64,000 nucleotides of DNA. It comes from Gaiellales bacterium. GTDB lineage: Bacteria > Actinomycetota > Thermoleophilia > Gaiellales > JAICJC01. The notes under the pieces are model-generated. The model did not search any database and was not told where the DNA came from. It saw only the letters and a list, made by a program, of their open reading frames with translations. The stretch spans positions 3,304 to 67,303 of the forward strand of contig DASSEV010000043.1 of the NCBI GenBank assembly GCA_035695105.1, given 5' to 3'. Shown in pieces: positions 18,083-27,111 of this stretch (positions within the stretch are counted from its first letter, which is position 1; every line of letters starts with the position of its first letter). Position numbers and translations under genes: made by a program.

Positions 18083-19354
18083 ATGCGCGTCCTTCTCATC
18101 GGATCCGGGGGTCGTGAGCACGCGCTCGCCTGGGGCCTCGCCCGCTCGCCCGGGCTGGGAGAGCTGCATGCGGCGCCGGGGAACCCCGGGATCGCCGACA
18201 TCGCAACGTGCCACGACGTCGCCGTCGGCGACCTCGCCGGCCTGACCGAGCTCGCGGCCGGGCTCCGCGCCGACCTCGTCGTCGTGGGGCCGGAGGCTCC
18301 GCTGGTCGGCGGGATCTGCGACCGCCTGGCGGCCGCCGGCATCGCCTGCTTCGGGCCGAGCGGGGCGGCGGCGCAGCTCGAGGGGTCGAAGGCGTTCGCC
18401 AAGCAGGTGATGGCCGCCGCCGGTGTGCCGACCGCCGCGTTCTCGGTGTGCGATACGGTCGCGGCGGCCCAGCTGGCGGTCGCCGAGGCGGGCGGCAACG
18501 TCGTCATCAAGGCCGACGGGCTGGCGGCCGGCAAGGGCGTGTTCGTCTGCACGTCGGTCGAGGAGGCCGAGGAGGCGATCCGGGCCTGCCTGGTCGAGCA
18601 GCGGTTCGGCGGGTCGGGGGCGCGGGTGCTGGTCGAGCAGCGGATGGAGGGCCCGGAGGTGTCGATGCTCGCCCTGTCCGACGGCGAGCACGTGATGCCG
18701 CTCGCGCCGGCGCGGGACTACAAGCGGGCGCTGGACGGGGATCGCGGCCCGAACACCGGCGGCATGGGGTGCATCTCGCCCGTGCCAGAGCTGGATCCTG
18801 CGCTGGTGGACGAGGTGCTCGAGACGGTGCACCGGCCGGTGGTCGCGGAGATGCGCCGTCGCGACACGCCGTTTCGCGGGTGCCTCTACGCCGGGCTGAT
18901 GCTGACCCCGGACGGGCCGCGCGTGCTCGAGTTCAACGCCCGCTGGGGCGATCCGGAGACCCAGGTGCTGGTGCCCCGGCTGGCGGGCGATCTGCTCGAC
19001 ACGCTGCACCGCGCCGGGTCCGGGAGGCTGGCCGGCGCGGAGCTGCGGGTGCGTTCGGACGCGTGCGTGTCGGTCGTGCTCGCGGCGCGCGGCTATCCGG
19101 ACGCGCCCGAGTCCGGGGCGCAGATCGAGGGCGTCGAGGCCGCGTCGCAGCTGGACGGCGTGACGGTGTTCCACGCCGGCACGCGGCGGGATGCCGGGGC
19201 GCTCGTCGTCTCCGGCGGGCGCGTGCTGAACGTCTCTGCGACAGCGCCCGATCTGGCGGCGGCGCGGGAGCGTGCGTACGAGGCGGCCGGCCTGATCCGG
19301 TTCGACGGCATGCAGCTGCGGTCGGACATCGGCGAGGAGGCCGCGCATGTCTGA
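18083..19354 (+). CDS. purD: Phosphoribosylamine--glycine ligase
   Basis: 423 aa with an ATP-grasp layout. N terminus MRVLLIGSGGREHALAW. VIKADGLAAGKGV motif. C-terminal GGRVL. Confidence 0.95.
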   Translation: MRVLLIGSGGREHALAWGLARSPGLGELHAAPGNPGIADIATCHDVAVGDLAGLTELAAGLRADLVVVGPEAPLVGGICDRLAAAGIACFGPSGAAAQLEGSKAFAKQVMAAAGVPTAAFSVCDTVAAAQLAVAEAGGNVVIKADGLAAGKGVFVCTSVEEAEEAIRACLVEQRFGGSGARVLVEQRMEGPEVSMLALSDGEHVMPLAPARDYKRALDGDRGPNTGGMGCISPVPELDPALVDEVLETVHRPVVAEMRRRDTPFRGCLYAGLMLTPDGPRVLEFNARWGDPETQVLVPRLAGDLLDTLHRAGSGRLAGAELRVRSDACVSVVLAARGYPDAPESGAQIEGVEAASQLDGVTVFHAGTRRDAGALVVSGGRVLNVSATAPDLAAARERAYEAAGLIRFDGMQLRSDIGEEAAHV

Positions 19355-19862
19355 GCAGCCGCTTCCCGGCGCCACGCCCGAGACCGAGGTGCATCCGGTC
19401 TGGGAGGAGCTCGAGGCGGACGGCCCCCAGGTCGGGATCGTGATCGCGATGGAGCAGGACCGGGCGCAGATCGAGGGGACCTGCAACGAGCTGCTCGACC
19501 GTGGCATCACGTTCGAGGTGCGGGTGCTCTCGGCGCATCGCAATCCGCGCGAGGTGGCCGAGTACGCGTCGACGGCGGCCCTGCGGGGCGTGCGTGTGGT
19601 GATCGCCGCCGCGGGCGGATCGGCCGCGCTGCCCGGGGTGATCGCGAGCTACACCGAGCTGCCGGTGATCGGGGTGCCTCTCGATCGCGGGAACCTGGGC
19701 GGCATGGACGCGCTGCTCTCCGTCGTGCAGATGCCGGACGGCGTGCCGGTCGCGTGCATGGCGGTCGACGGGGCGCGCAACGCGGCGATCTACGCGGCCA
19801 AGATCCTGGCGCAGGGTGGTGCCCCGCCGCATGCCAGCGGCCGCTGGACGGCGACCGACTGA
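19347..19862 (+). CDS. purE: PurE-family protein (class I-like N5-CAIR mutase) with atypical motifs
   Basis: SAHRNP motif, AAAGGSAALPGV, and the VQMPDGVPVA loop. 8-nt overlap with purD. The N-terminal loop reads IAMEQD where G-S-x-S-D is expected (see findings). Confidence 0.85.
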   Translation: MSEQPLPGATPETEVHPVWEELEADGPQVGIVIAMEQDRAQIEGTCNELLDRGITFEVRVLSAHRNPREVAEYASTAALRGVRVVIAAAGGSAALPGVIASYTELPVIGVPLDRGNLGGMDALLSVVQMPDGVPVACMAVDGARNAAIYAAKILAQGGAPPHASGRWTATD

Positions 19863-20287
19863 TGGAGCAGCGCGTCAGCCTGATCACGCTGGGCGTCTCC
19901 GATCTCGAGCGTGCGCGGCGGTTCTACGAGGCGATCGGCTGGCACAGCGACACGGATCCGGCGATGGGCGTCGTCTTCTTCCAGGCGGGCGGGATGGTGC
20001 TCGCCCTGTGGAGCAGGGAGGAGCTCGCCGAGGACAGCGCCGTCGAGGACGGGGGCGGCTGGGGCGGGGTGACGCTGGCGTACAACGTGCGCACGGTGGA
20101 GCAGGTGGACGAGGTGCTGCACGAGGCGGAGTCGGCGGGCGCGCGGATCGGGCGGCCGGGGGCCGAGACGTTCTGGGGCGGCTACTCGGGCGTCTTCATC
20201 GACCCGGACGGGCATCCGTGGGAGATCGCGCACAACCCGCACTGGACGATCGCGGAGGACGGCGCGGTCATCCTCCCGGCAGACTGA
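19862..20287 (+). CDS. VOC (glyoxalase / bleomycin-resistance / dioxygenase) family protein
   Basis: 141 aa. Begins MEQRVSLITLGVSDLERARRFYEAIGW and contains DPDGHPWEIAHNP. Its ATG shares one nt with the purE stop (TGATG). Confidence 0.8.
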   Translation: MEQRVSLITLGVSDLERARRFYEAIGWHSDTDPAMGVVFFQAGGMVLALWSREELAEDSAVEDGGGWGGVTLAYNVRTVEQVDEVLHEAESAGARIGRPGAETFWGGYSGVFIDPDGHPWEIAHNPHWTIAEDGAVILPAD

Positions 20288-20331
20288 GCGTCCGATTCCG
20301 GCCGGAAACCGCCTCAGAGGCGGTGACGGCC
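20288..20331 (+). repeat. 44-nt dual-hairpin element, copy A
   Basis: Starts 1 nt after the VOC stop codon. Contains the 12-nt palindrome TTCCGGCCGGAA and the hairpin CCGCC-TCAGA-GGCGG. 39/44 identical to copy B. Confidence 0.85.
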
Positions 20332-20397
20332 TTTGCCGGCCGATCGTGACCCGCATACGCGCCCTTCAGAAGTTCCGTCGCAGACCCGGGGGGCGCA

Positions 20398-20441
20398 GCG
20401 TCCGCTTTCGGCCGAAAAACGCCTCAGAGGCGGTGTCGGCC
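20398..20441 (+). repeat. 44-nt dual-hairpin element, copy B
   Basis: Direct repeat of copy A, 110 nt downstream. The palindrome here is TTTCGGCCGAAA: two substitutions relative to copy A that together preserve pairing. Confidence 0.85.
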
Positions 20442-20467
20442 GCTCGCTGGGAATTGTGGCCGAATCG

Positions 20468-20496
20468 TTGCCGGCGGTGGGGCGGTGATGAGTATT
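20468..20496 (+). promoter_or_regulatory. Candidate sigma-A type promoter for purB
   Basis: TTGCCG (20468-20473), 17-nt spacer, AGTATT (20491-20496), about 45 nt upstream of the purB TTG start. Pattern match only. Confidence 0.25.
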
Positions 20497-20540
20497 GGCC
20501 GGCAAGGCGGACCGGCCGGGTTGGTAGACTCCAAAACGCC

Positions 20541-21854
20541 TTGATCAAGCGCTATACCCGCCCCGCAATGGGCGCCGTCTGGTCGGACGAGCGCAGGTTC
20601 CAGCGGTGGCTGGACGTCGAGATCGCCGCGATGGAGGCCTGGGTCGACGCCGGCATCGTGCCTCCGGAGGCGCTCGCCGAGGTGGTCGCCCATGCCCGCG
20701 TCGACGTCGACCGCATCCTCGAGATCGAGCGCCGCACCCACCATGACGTGCTGGCCTTCACCGAGTCCATTGCCGAGCAGGTCGGCGAGCCCGCGCGCTG
20801 GTTCCACTACGGCCTGACCTCGTCGGACGTCGTCGACACCGCGCTCGCGCTGCAGCTTCGCGATGCCGGCGCCCTTCTGCTCGACGGCGTCGCGTCGGCG
20901 GAGCAGGCGCTGCGCGCCCGGGCCGAGGAGTTCCGCCACACGCCGATGATCGGCCGCACCCACGGCGTCCACGCCGAGCCCACCACATTCGGCCTCGTGC
21001 TGCTCGGCCACGCGATGGAGCTGCGCCGCCAGCGAGCCAGGCTGACGGCCGCATTCGCGGACGTCACGGTCGGGAAGCTGTCCGGCGCCGTCGGCACCTA
21101 TGCGAACTCGGATCCCCGCGTCGAGGCCTTCGCGCTCGAGCGTCTCGAGCTCGACGTCGAGGACGTCGCCACGCAGGTGATCCCACGCGACCGGCATGCC
21201 CGGCTGCTCTGCGCCCTCGCCGAGGCCGGCGCCTCCCTCGACCGCTTCGCCACCGAGATCCGCCACCTCCAGCGCACGGAGGTGCGCGAGGTGCTCGAGC
21301 CCTTCGCGGCCGGGCAGAAGGGCTCCTCTGCCATGCCGCACAAGCAGAACCCGATCGTCGCCGAGCGCATCTCGGGGCTCGCCCGTGTTCTCCGCGGCAA
21401 CGCTGTGGTCGGCCTCGAGAACGTCGCTCTCTGGCACGAGCGCGACATCTCCCACTCCTCCGCCGAGCGGGTGGTGCTGCCCGATTCCACCATCCTCCTC
21501 GACTACATGCTGGAAAGAGTTGCCTGGTTGGCGAACGGTCTCACCGTCCATCCCGAGCGCATGCTGCGGAACCTCCAGGCCTCGCACGGCCTGGTCTTCT
21601 CCGGACGCGCGCTGCTGGCCATGGTCGACGCCGGCGCCTCTCGGGAGTCCGCATACGCCATCACCCAGCGCAACGCGCTCCGCGCCTGGGACGAGGAGCG
21701 CGACTTCCGCGGGCTCCTGGAGTCCGATCCGGAGGCGTCTGCGCTGCTCGACGCGCCGGCTCTCGACCGCGTATTCGATCTGGACAACTTCCTGCGCCAC
21801 GTCGACGCGGTCTTCGACCGGGCGCTCGAGCGAGGGGAGGTCGAGCATGTCTGA
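20541..21854 (+). CDS. purB: Adenylosuccinate lyase
   Basis: The family-typical N terminus (M)IKRYTRPAMGAVWSDERRFQRWLDVE is obtained only from TTG 20541. The track ORF from 20346 reads through the repeat region. SSAMPHKQNP signature loop. Confidence 0.9.
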   Translation: MIKRYTRPAMGAVWSDERRFQRWLDVEIAAMEAWVDAGIVPPEALAEVVAHARVDVDRILEIERRTHHDVLAFTESIAEQVGEPARWFHYGLTSSDVVDTALALQLRDAGALLLDGVASAEQALRARAEEFRHTPMIGRTHGVHAEPTTFGLVLLGHAMELRRQRARLTAAFADVTVGKLSGAVGTYANSDPRVEAFALERLELDVEDVATQVIPRDRHARLLCALAEAGASLDRFATEIRHLQRTEVREVLEPFAAGQKGSSAMPHKQNPIVAERISGLARVLRGNAVVGLENVALWHERDISHSSAERVVLPDSTILLDYMLERVAWLANGLTVHPERMLRNLQASHGLVFSGRALLAMVDAGASRESAYAITQRNALRAWDEERDFRGLLESDPEASALLDAPALDRVFDLDNFLRHVDAVFDRALERGEVEHV

Positions 21855-22755
21855 GAGCCTGGCGCGGCTGCACGAGGCGTCCGGCAAGGTGCGCGAGATG
21901 TACAACTTCGGCGACACGATGCTGATGGTCGCCTCCGACCGGATCAGCGCCTTCGACGTGATCATGCCGACCCCGATCCCCGAGAAGGGCCGGGTGCTGA
22001 CGGCGCTCTCCGCCTTCTGGTTCGAGCATACGGCCCAGATCGTCCCCAACCATCTGATCTCGATCGAGCAGGACCGCTTCCCGGACCAGGCCCGGCTCGA
22101 CCCCGAGCTCGCCGGCCGGGCGATGTACGTCCGCCGGCTGACCATGATGCCGATCGAGTGCGTCGTCCGCGGATACCTCGCCGGCTCGGGCTGGAAGGAC
22201 TACCAGTCCACCGGCTCCGTCTGCGGACATCGCCTCCCGGCCGGGCTGCGTGAGTCTGATCGCCTCCCCGAGCCGATCTTCACCCCGGCCACGAAGTCGA
22301 CCAGCGGGCACGACATCAACATCGATGCCGCCACGGCGCGGCTGCTCGTCGGCGACGACGCCCGCTACGAGAAGCTCGAGCGCCTGTCGCTCGACCTCTA
22401 CGAGTTCGCCTCGGGCGTCGCCCGCGACAAGGGGATCATCATCGCCGACACCAAGTTCGAGTTCGGCATGGACATGACCGGTGATCTCGTCCTCGGCGAC
22501 GAGGTGCTCACGCCGGACTCCTCCCGCTTCTGGCCGGCCGAGGAGTACCAGCCCGGCCGGGCGCAGCCCTCGTTCGACAAGCAATTCCTGCGCGACTGGC
22601 TGGAGGCCAGCGGGTGGGACAAGCAGCCGCCCGCTCCCGAGCTTCCGGACGATGTGGTGTCCGGCACCCGCGAGCGGTACGCGGAGGCCTACCAGCGACT
22701 GACCGGCGAGCCGTTCAGCGCCTACCTGCAACGAAACGGAGCACTCCGATCATGA
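21847..22755 (+). CDS. purC: Phosphoribosylaminoimidazole-succinocarboxamide (SAICAR) synthase
   Basis: Internal ATG at 21847 (MSESLARLHEASGKVREMY). Motifs ASDRISAFD and IIIADTKFEFG. 8-nt overlap with purB. Confidence 0.9.
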   Translation: MSESLARLHEASGKVREMYNFGDTMLMVASDRISAFDVIMPTPIPEKGRVLTALSAFWFEHTAQIVPNHLISIEQDRFPDQARLDPELAGRAMYVRRLTMMPIECVVRGYLAGSGWKDYQSTGSVCGHRLPAGLRESDRLPEPIFTPATKSTSGHDINIDAATARLLVGDDARYEKLERLSLDLYEFASGVARDKGIIIADTKFEFGMDMTGDLVLGDEVLTPDSSRFWPAEEYQPGRAQPSFDKQFLRDWLEASGWDKQPPAPELPDDVVSGTRERYAEAYQRLTGEPFSAYLQRNGALRS

Positions 22756-22987
22756 ACGTCACCGTCCTCGTGCGTCCCCGCGACGGCATCCTCGATCCCC
22801 AGGGCGAGGCTGTGCGCCGCTCGCTCTCCGGGCTCGGCTATCCGGCCGCCGGCGTGCGCGCCGGGAAGGTGTTCGACCTGCAGGTGGAGGCTGACGACGC
22901 CGACACCGCCCGGCGCATCGCCGGCGAGATCGCCGAGCGCGTGCTCTCGAACCCGCTGATCGAGCAGTACGAGATCGAGGTCGGCGC

Positions 22988-22991
<4 letters not shown>
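22752..22991 (+). CDS. purS: FGAM synthase subunit PurS
   Basis: 79 aa. MNVTVLVRPRDGILDPQGEAVRRSLSGLGY. ATGA overlaps on both sides (purC and purQ). Confidence 0.9.
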
Positions 22992-23655
<664 letters not shown>

Positions 23656-23671
<16 letters not shown>

Positions 23672-24024
23672 CCGCCCCCGGCCACCCAGCCCTCGCCGCC
23701 GTCGCTGCGGCGCCGGCCGAACCGTACGAGGACGAGCAGTCGCTCCACCTCGTCCGACGAGACCAGCTCCCACTCCGCCTCGGCCTGGTCGCAGCGGAGC
23801 ACCGCTTCGATCAGGTCGCGCAGCCCGGTCGAGTCGATCCGCTGCACCGCCGAGAGGTCGAGCACGATCCGCCGACCGTCCGCGGACGTGACCGCCCGTT
23901 CGGCGGCCTCCACCAGCGCTCCCCTCGCGGCCAGGTCGAGGTCACCCGAGAAGGCGACCCGCACGTCCGCGCCGCCGCTCTCCAGATCGACCACGAACGA
24001 CTCCACCGCTCCGGGGTCACTCAT
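23656..24024 (-). CDS. STAS-domain protein (anti-sigma-factor-antagonist type)
   Basis: 122 aa. Contains VLDLSAVQRIDSTGLRDLIE, with the Ser/Thr at the SpoIIAA/RsbV phosphorylation position. The 3' end overlaps the convergent purQ by 16 nt. Confidence 0.75.
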
Positions 24025-24316
24025 CCTCGTCCTCGCCGTCGTACAGCACAGGCGTGGTCTCCAGCGGGGACGCCGGCCCGTTCCCGGGCGCTCCCGGCGC
24101 TCCGCCCGGCCCCGTGTGGCGCCGGTAGCCAGGCGCCACGCCCGGCTCGGCCGTCGGCTGGTGCGAGGAGGGGTTCGCCTCGGCCGGCATCGCCGGGTCG
24201 GTCACGTCCGTGCGCTCGTCGTCCTTCGTTTCATGTGCGTCCATCGTGCCTCCTCGTTCCGCGGCCGGAGCTCCGGGTTTGCGTTCTCCGCTCGTATTCC
24301 CATCGCTGCCCGTCAC
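24017..24316 (-). CDS. Hypothetical acidic, Pro/Gly-rich (probably disordered) small protein
   Basis: 99 aa ending YDGEDEDE. Its GTG start overlaps the ltrA stop (GTGA), and its stop overlaps the STAS start by 8 nt. I call it coding because of this coupling on both sides, not because of homology. Confidence 0.5.
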   Translation of the reverse strand: MTGSDGNTSGERKPGAPAAERGGTMDAHETKDDERTDVTDPAMPAEANPSSHQPTAEPGVAPGYRRHTGPGGAPGAPGNGPASPLETTPVLYDGEDEDE

Positions 24317-25431
24317 GACACAGGCACGCTCCCCGTCGCCCGCTGCTCCACCACGAAGCTTGCTGCCAGCACGACGATGAGCGCCCCCTCCTGTACCCCG
24401 GCTGGAAGCACCATGCCGATCGGCACGGTGCAGACGGCTGCAAGCGCCGTGACCATCCGCATCGTCGAGATCCCGAGCGCCATGGCCGCCCGGCTGAGCT
24501 GGTCGGCCACGAGGAACAGCGCGGCTCCGCCGCCCAGTTCCAGCGCCTGCGGTGCACCGAGGTGGGAACCGGGCGCCGCCACGCCGTGACGTACGCCGGC
24601 CGCGAACGCGACCACCGCGCCGAGCAGCGCAACGAACACGAGGCCGAACGCACGGACGCCGACCAGCCGGCGGCCGATCGCGATCGCGTGGACGAACCCC
24701 CGTTCACGCAGCAGGTCGTCGTCGGCGCCGAAATACGCCCACCAGAGGCAACCGGCCATCCCCATCCCGAGCGCGATGGCAGTGAGCGTCGCCGGGTCGA
24801 GCGAGGTGGCCGAGGCGCCGATCCCGACCGCGACGACGGATTCACCGAGCGCCACGAGAACGACGAGCGCGTGCCGCTCGACGAAGTGGTGTGCGCGCAG
24901 GAGGTGGCTCTGGTCGGGGATCAATCGCGGCGAGATCCACTCCGCGCAGGCGGCGAGCGTCCACAGCACGTACTGCGACGTCCCGCCGAGCGCACCACCC
25001 ACGATGACGATCACAGCAAAGGCCACGTTCACCGGGAAGAAGCCGCGGTAGATGATCGCCAGGCTGGGTCGCGTGGACACGGTGAAGAGCCCGCCGTGGA
25101 CGAGCACCACCAGCAGGTAGGCCAGGCCGAAGGTGAGACCCTCGCCATGGAATGCCCGCGGAATGGTGAGAGCGAGCACCAGATAGCTCGCCATCCCGCA
25201 CACCATCGCGATCCGCCGGGCGGCTCGGTCGGGTGGCACGAGGTTGGTCAGCCAGGCGTAGCCGCCGTACATCCACCACACGATGGCCAGCATCACCGCG
25301 GTCTGCGCCGCTCCCGTCGCGGTCGCGTGCCGGGTCAGCAGGGTCGTGAACTGGGTGATCGTGAAGACGAAGACCAGGTCGAAGAAGAGCTCGAGGCGCG
25401 AGACCTCGGTGACCTCGGCGGCGTCGGTCAT
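24313..25431 (-). CDS. ltrA: Low-temperature-requirement A (LtrA) family membrane protein
   Basis: Internal ATG at 25431 of the 909-aa track ORF (MTDAAEVTEVSRLELFFDLVFVFTITQF, an LtrA hallmark). About 372 aa, multi-TM. GGGAGCAGGG RBS. ATGA overlap with the upstream gene. Confidence 0.8.
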   Translation of the reverse strand: MTDAAEVTEVSRLELFFDLVFVFTITQFTTLLTRHATATGAAQTAVMLAIVWWMYGGYAWLTNLVPPDRAARRIAMVCGMASYLVLALTIPRAFHGEGLTFGLAYLLVVLVHGGLFTVSTRPSLAIIYRGFFPVNVAFAVIVIVGGALGGTSQYVLWTLAACAEWISPRLIPDQSHLLRAHHFVERHALVVLVALGESVVAVGIGASATSLDPATLTAIALGMGMAGCLWWAYFGADDDLLRERGFVHAIAIGRRLVGVRAFGLVFVALLGAVVAFAAGVRHGVAAPGSHLGAPQALELGGGAALFLVADQLSRAAMALGISTMRMVTALAAVCTVPIGMVLPAGVQEGALIVVLAASFVVEQRATGSVPVS

Positions 25432-26627
25432 GCACCCTGCTCCCTGCTGCCGAGGGCGGCCAGTGCCCCGAGCAGCACCAGCGGCGCGAACGACCACGTG
25501 AAGTCGTACAGGCCCGAGAGCGCGATCCCGACGGCGGCCACCCCGCACGCGAGGCGCACCGGGTCGCGCGACGCCGTCGCCGCGCCACCCCGCAGGAGCA
25601 TCGCGATCAGCGCCACGGCCGTCCCGACCGCGGCCACGACTCCGGCGTCCAGCGCCTCCTGGAGCACCGCGTCGTGCGCCTCGGCCGGGGGCGCGGCGGT
25701 TGCAACCACCGGCTTCACCGGCAGCGTCGTCCCCGGGCCGTAGCCGAGCACCGGCCGGTCGCGTGCGCCGTTCCACGCCGCTCTCCACGCGTCCTGCCGG
25801 GAGCTCAGCGGCCCGTGCCGTAGATGGCGCTCCAGCGCCCGCGTGCTGGGCCCCGCCACGCCGATCGCGACCACGGCGGCGACCGCGGCAACTGCCGCCG
25901 TCCACCCCACCACCGGACGCACCGAGGGGATGCGGACGGCGAACAGGACAGCGACGACGACCAGGCCGATCGCGGCAGCACGGTCGAAGGTGGCGACGAC
26001 GCCTGCGGTCAGCACTGCGCAGGCGACAACGGCCGGCGCACGGTCGAGCGTCCCCTCGGCACGCAACGCGAGCACCGCGGCGATCGCGCAGACGGCGAGC
26101 AGCCCGAGCGCGGGCGGGTACTCGAACGTGCCTCCCGCGCGCCAGATGCCGTCGATCCGCTCGGCGAGCGGCCTGCTGTGCAGGACCAGCCCCGCAAGCC
26201 CCGCCGTCGCGCATGCCAGCCCGACGCCGGCCGTCGCGATCACCACGTGCTGCCCGAGCCGCGGCCCGGCGGCGGACCCCCAGCAGGCGATCACGGCCAC
26301 AGCGACGGCCGCCAGCGCCGGGGCGGTGCCGGTGCCGTTCCACGCGAGCGACGCCAGGTTCGCGGCTGCGGCGGCTGCGAGCCCCGCGAGCAGGGGATCC
26401 CGCAGCGCGGCCGGCCGGGGGCGCGGCCGTACCACCGCCACGCAGGCGATCGCCGCGGCCGCGAGCAGGAGCTGCCCGCCCGCGCGGTACCCCCCGTGCC
26501 AGAGCGCCACCCCAACCGAGGCAGTGATCACCCACCCGATGGGTGAGGGGGACGCGCCCCCGTCCTGCCGATGAGAAGGGCGTACGTTGTCGTCGTTTGG
26601 GGGTCTCTTGATGTCGATCAACCGCAT
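25428..26627 (-). CDS. O-antigen ligase / polymerase-like (Wzy_C) membrane protein
   Basis: Multi-TM. Periplasmic-loop motifs RQDAWRAAWNGARDRPVLGYGPG and AHDAVLQEALDAGVV. The start is uncertain (ATG 26627, ATG 26687 or GTG 26531). Both ATG options overlap the divergent gene at 26611. Confidence 0.65.
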   Translation of the reverse strand: MRLIDIKRPPNDDNVRPSHRQDGGASPSPIGWVITASVGVALWHGGYRAGGQLLLAAAAIACVAVVRPRPRPAALRDPLLAGLAAAAAANLASLAWNGTGTAPALAAVAVAVIACWGSAAGPRLGQHVVIATAGVGLACATAGLAGLVLHSRPLAERIDGIWRAGGTFEYPPALGLLAVCAIAAVLALRAEGTLDRAPAVVACAVLTAGVVATFDRAAAIGLVVVAVLFAVRIPSVRPVVGWTAAVAAVAAVVAIGVAGPSTRALERHLRHGPLSSRQDAWRAAWNGARDRPVLGYGPGTTLPVKPVVATAAPPAEAHDAVLQEALDAGVVAAVGTAVALIAMLLRGGAATASRDPVRLACGVAAVGIALSGLYDFTWSFAPLVLLGALAALGSREQGA

Positions 26628-27054
26628 TGTGGTCGTGCTGCCGCTGCTCGCCGGGCTCGTGCTCGCCGGTACCGCAGTGGCGCGCATGATGCCTGTCCAG
26701 ACCGTTCGCGATTCGGTCTACCAGACCTGTGCGCACAACGGTGTGCATTTCAACAAGCAGGGGCATGCGAACTGCGGCCTGCACAAGGGCTGGACCGACG
26801 GGGGAAGCACCGAAGGAAGCACCGGGAGCACCGGCGGCTCGGAGCCCGGAAACACGGGCGACCAGGGCCAGACCAGCTCGGGCGACGCCGGCACCAGCCA
26901 CGGCGGTGGCGGCGGCGGGCACGCGCACCACGCCAAGCCGGCGCATGAGCACGGCCACCACAGCTCGCACGGGCACTCCGGCAGCACCGTCCAGCACGGC
27001 CACTCCGGCCATGCCTCGAGCCACGGCCACGGCCGTGGTCACTCGAAGGGCTAA
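26611..27054 (+). CDS. Exported His/Gly/Ser-rich protein (signal peptide, two Cys, His-rich tail)
   Basis: MSINRIVVVLPLLAGLVLAGTAVA signal-like N terminus. CAHNGVHFNKQGHANC segment. G/S/T linker. Tail HAHHAKPAHEHGHHSSHGHSGSTVQHGHSGHASSHGHGRGHSKG. Followed by a hairpin terminator. Confidence 0.6.
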   Translation: MSINRIVVVLPLLAGLVLAGTAVARMMPVQTVRDSVYQTCAHNGVHFNKQGHANCGLHKGWTDGGSTEGSTGSTGGSEPGNTGDQGQTSSGDAGTSHGGGGGGHAHHAKPAHEHGHHSSHGHSGSTVQHGHSGHASSHGHGRGHSKG

Positions 27055-27065
27055 GCGCTAGCGAG

Positions 27066-27105
27066 GGAGCGGGTCGGTGGCCGGGGGCCGCCATCGACCC
27101 GCTCC
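27066..27105 (+). terminator. 11-bp GC hairpin between the His-rich gene and purL
   Basis: GGAGCGGGTCG (27066-27076) pairs with CGACCCGCTCC (27095-27105) across an 18-nt loop. It begins 12 nt after the TAA stop and ends 6 nt before the purL ATG. Confidence 0.5.
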
Positions 27106-27111
27106 GGTACC

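Noticed and set aside
20288-20441. CRISPR array
   Set aside because: There are only two imperfect 44-nt copies with a single 66-nt spacer, and no cas genes in the window.
20288-20540. ZTP (pfl) or other purine-related riboswitch upstream of purB
   Set aside because: I looked for the conserved 3' CCGCCUGGGC-type element and the GGGUCGUGAC-type 5' element of the pfl motif. Only an isolated CGTGAC is present and there is no CCGCCTGGG. There is also no purine-riboswitch three-way junction. I kept the region as an unclassified repeat.
25432-27042. Upstream 537 codons of the 909-aa ORF 24313-27042
   Set aside because: Only the C-terminal 372 aa (from ATG 25431, with an RBS) look like a protein (LtrA). 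The extension is Arg/Gly/Ala-rich and runs out of frame through the Wzy_C-like gene and antisense to the His-rich gene.
27066-27105. purL leader attenuator or riboswitch
   Set aside because: It is a single simple hairpin immediately after the His-rich gene's stop. That is most simply a terminator for that gene, and there is no alternative pairing partner upstream.
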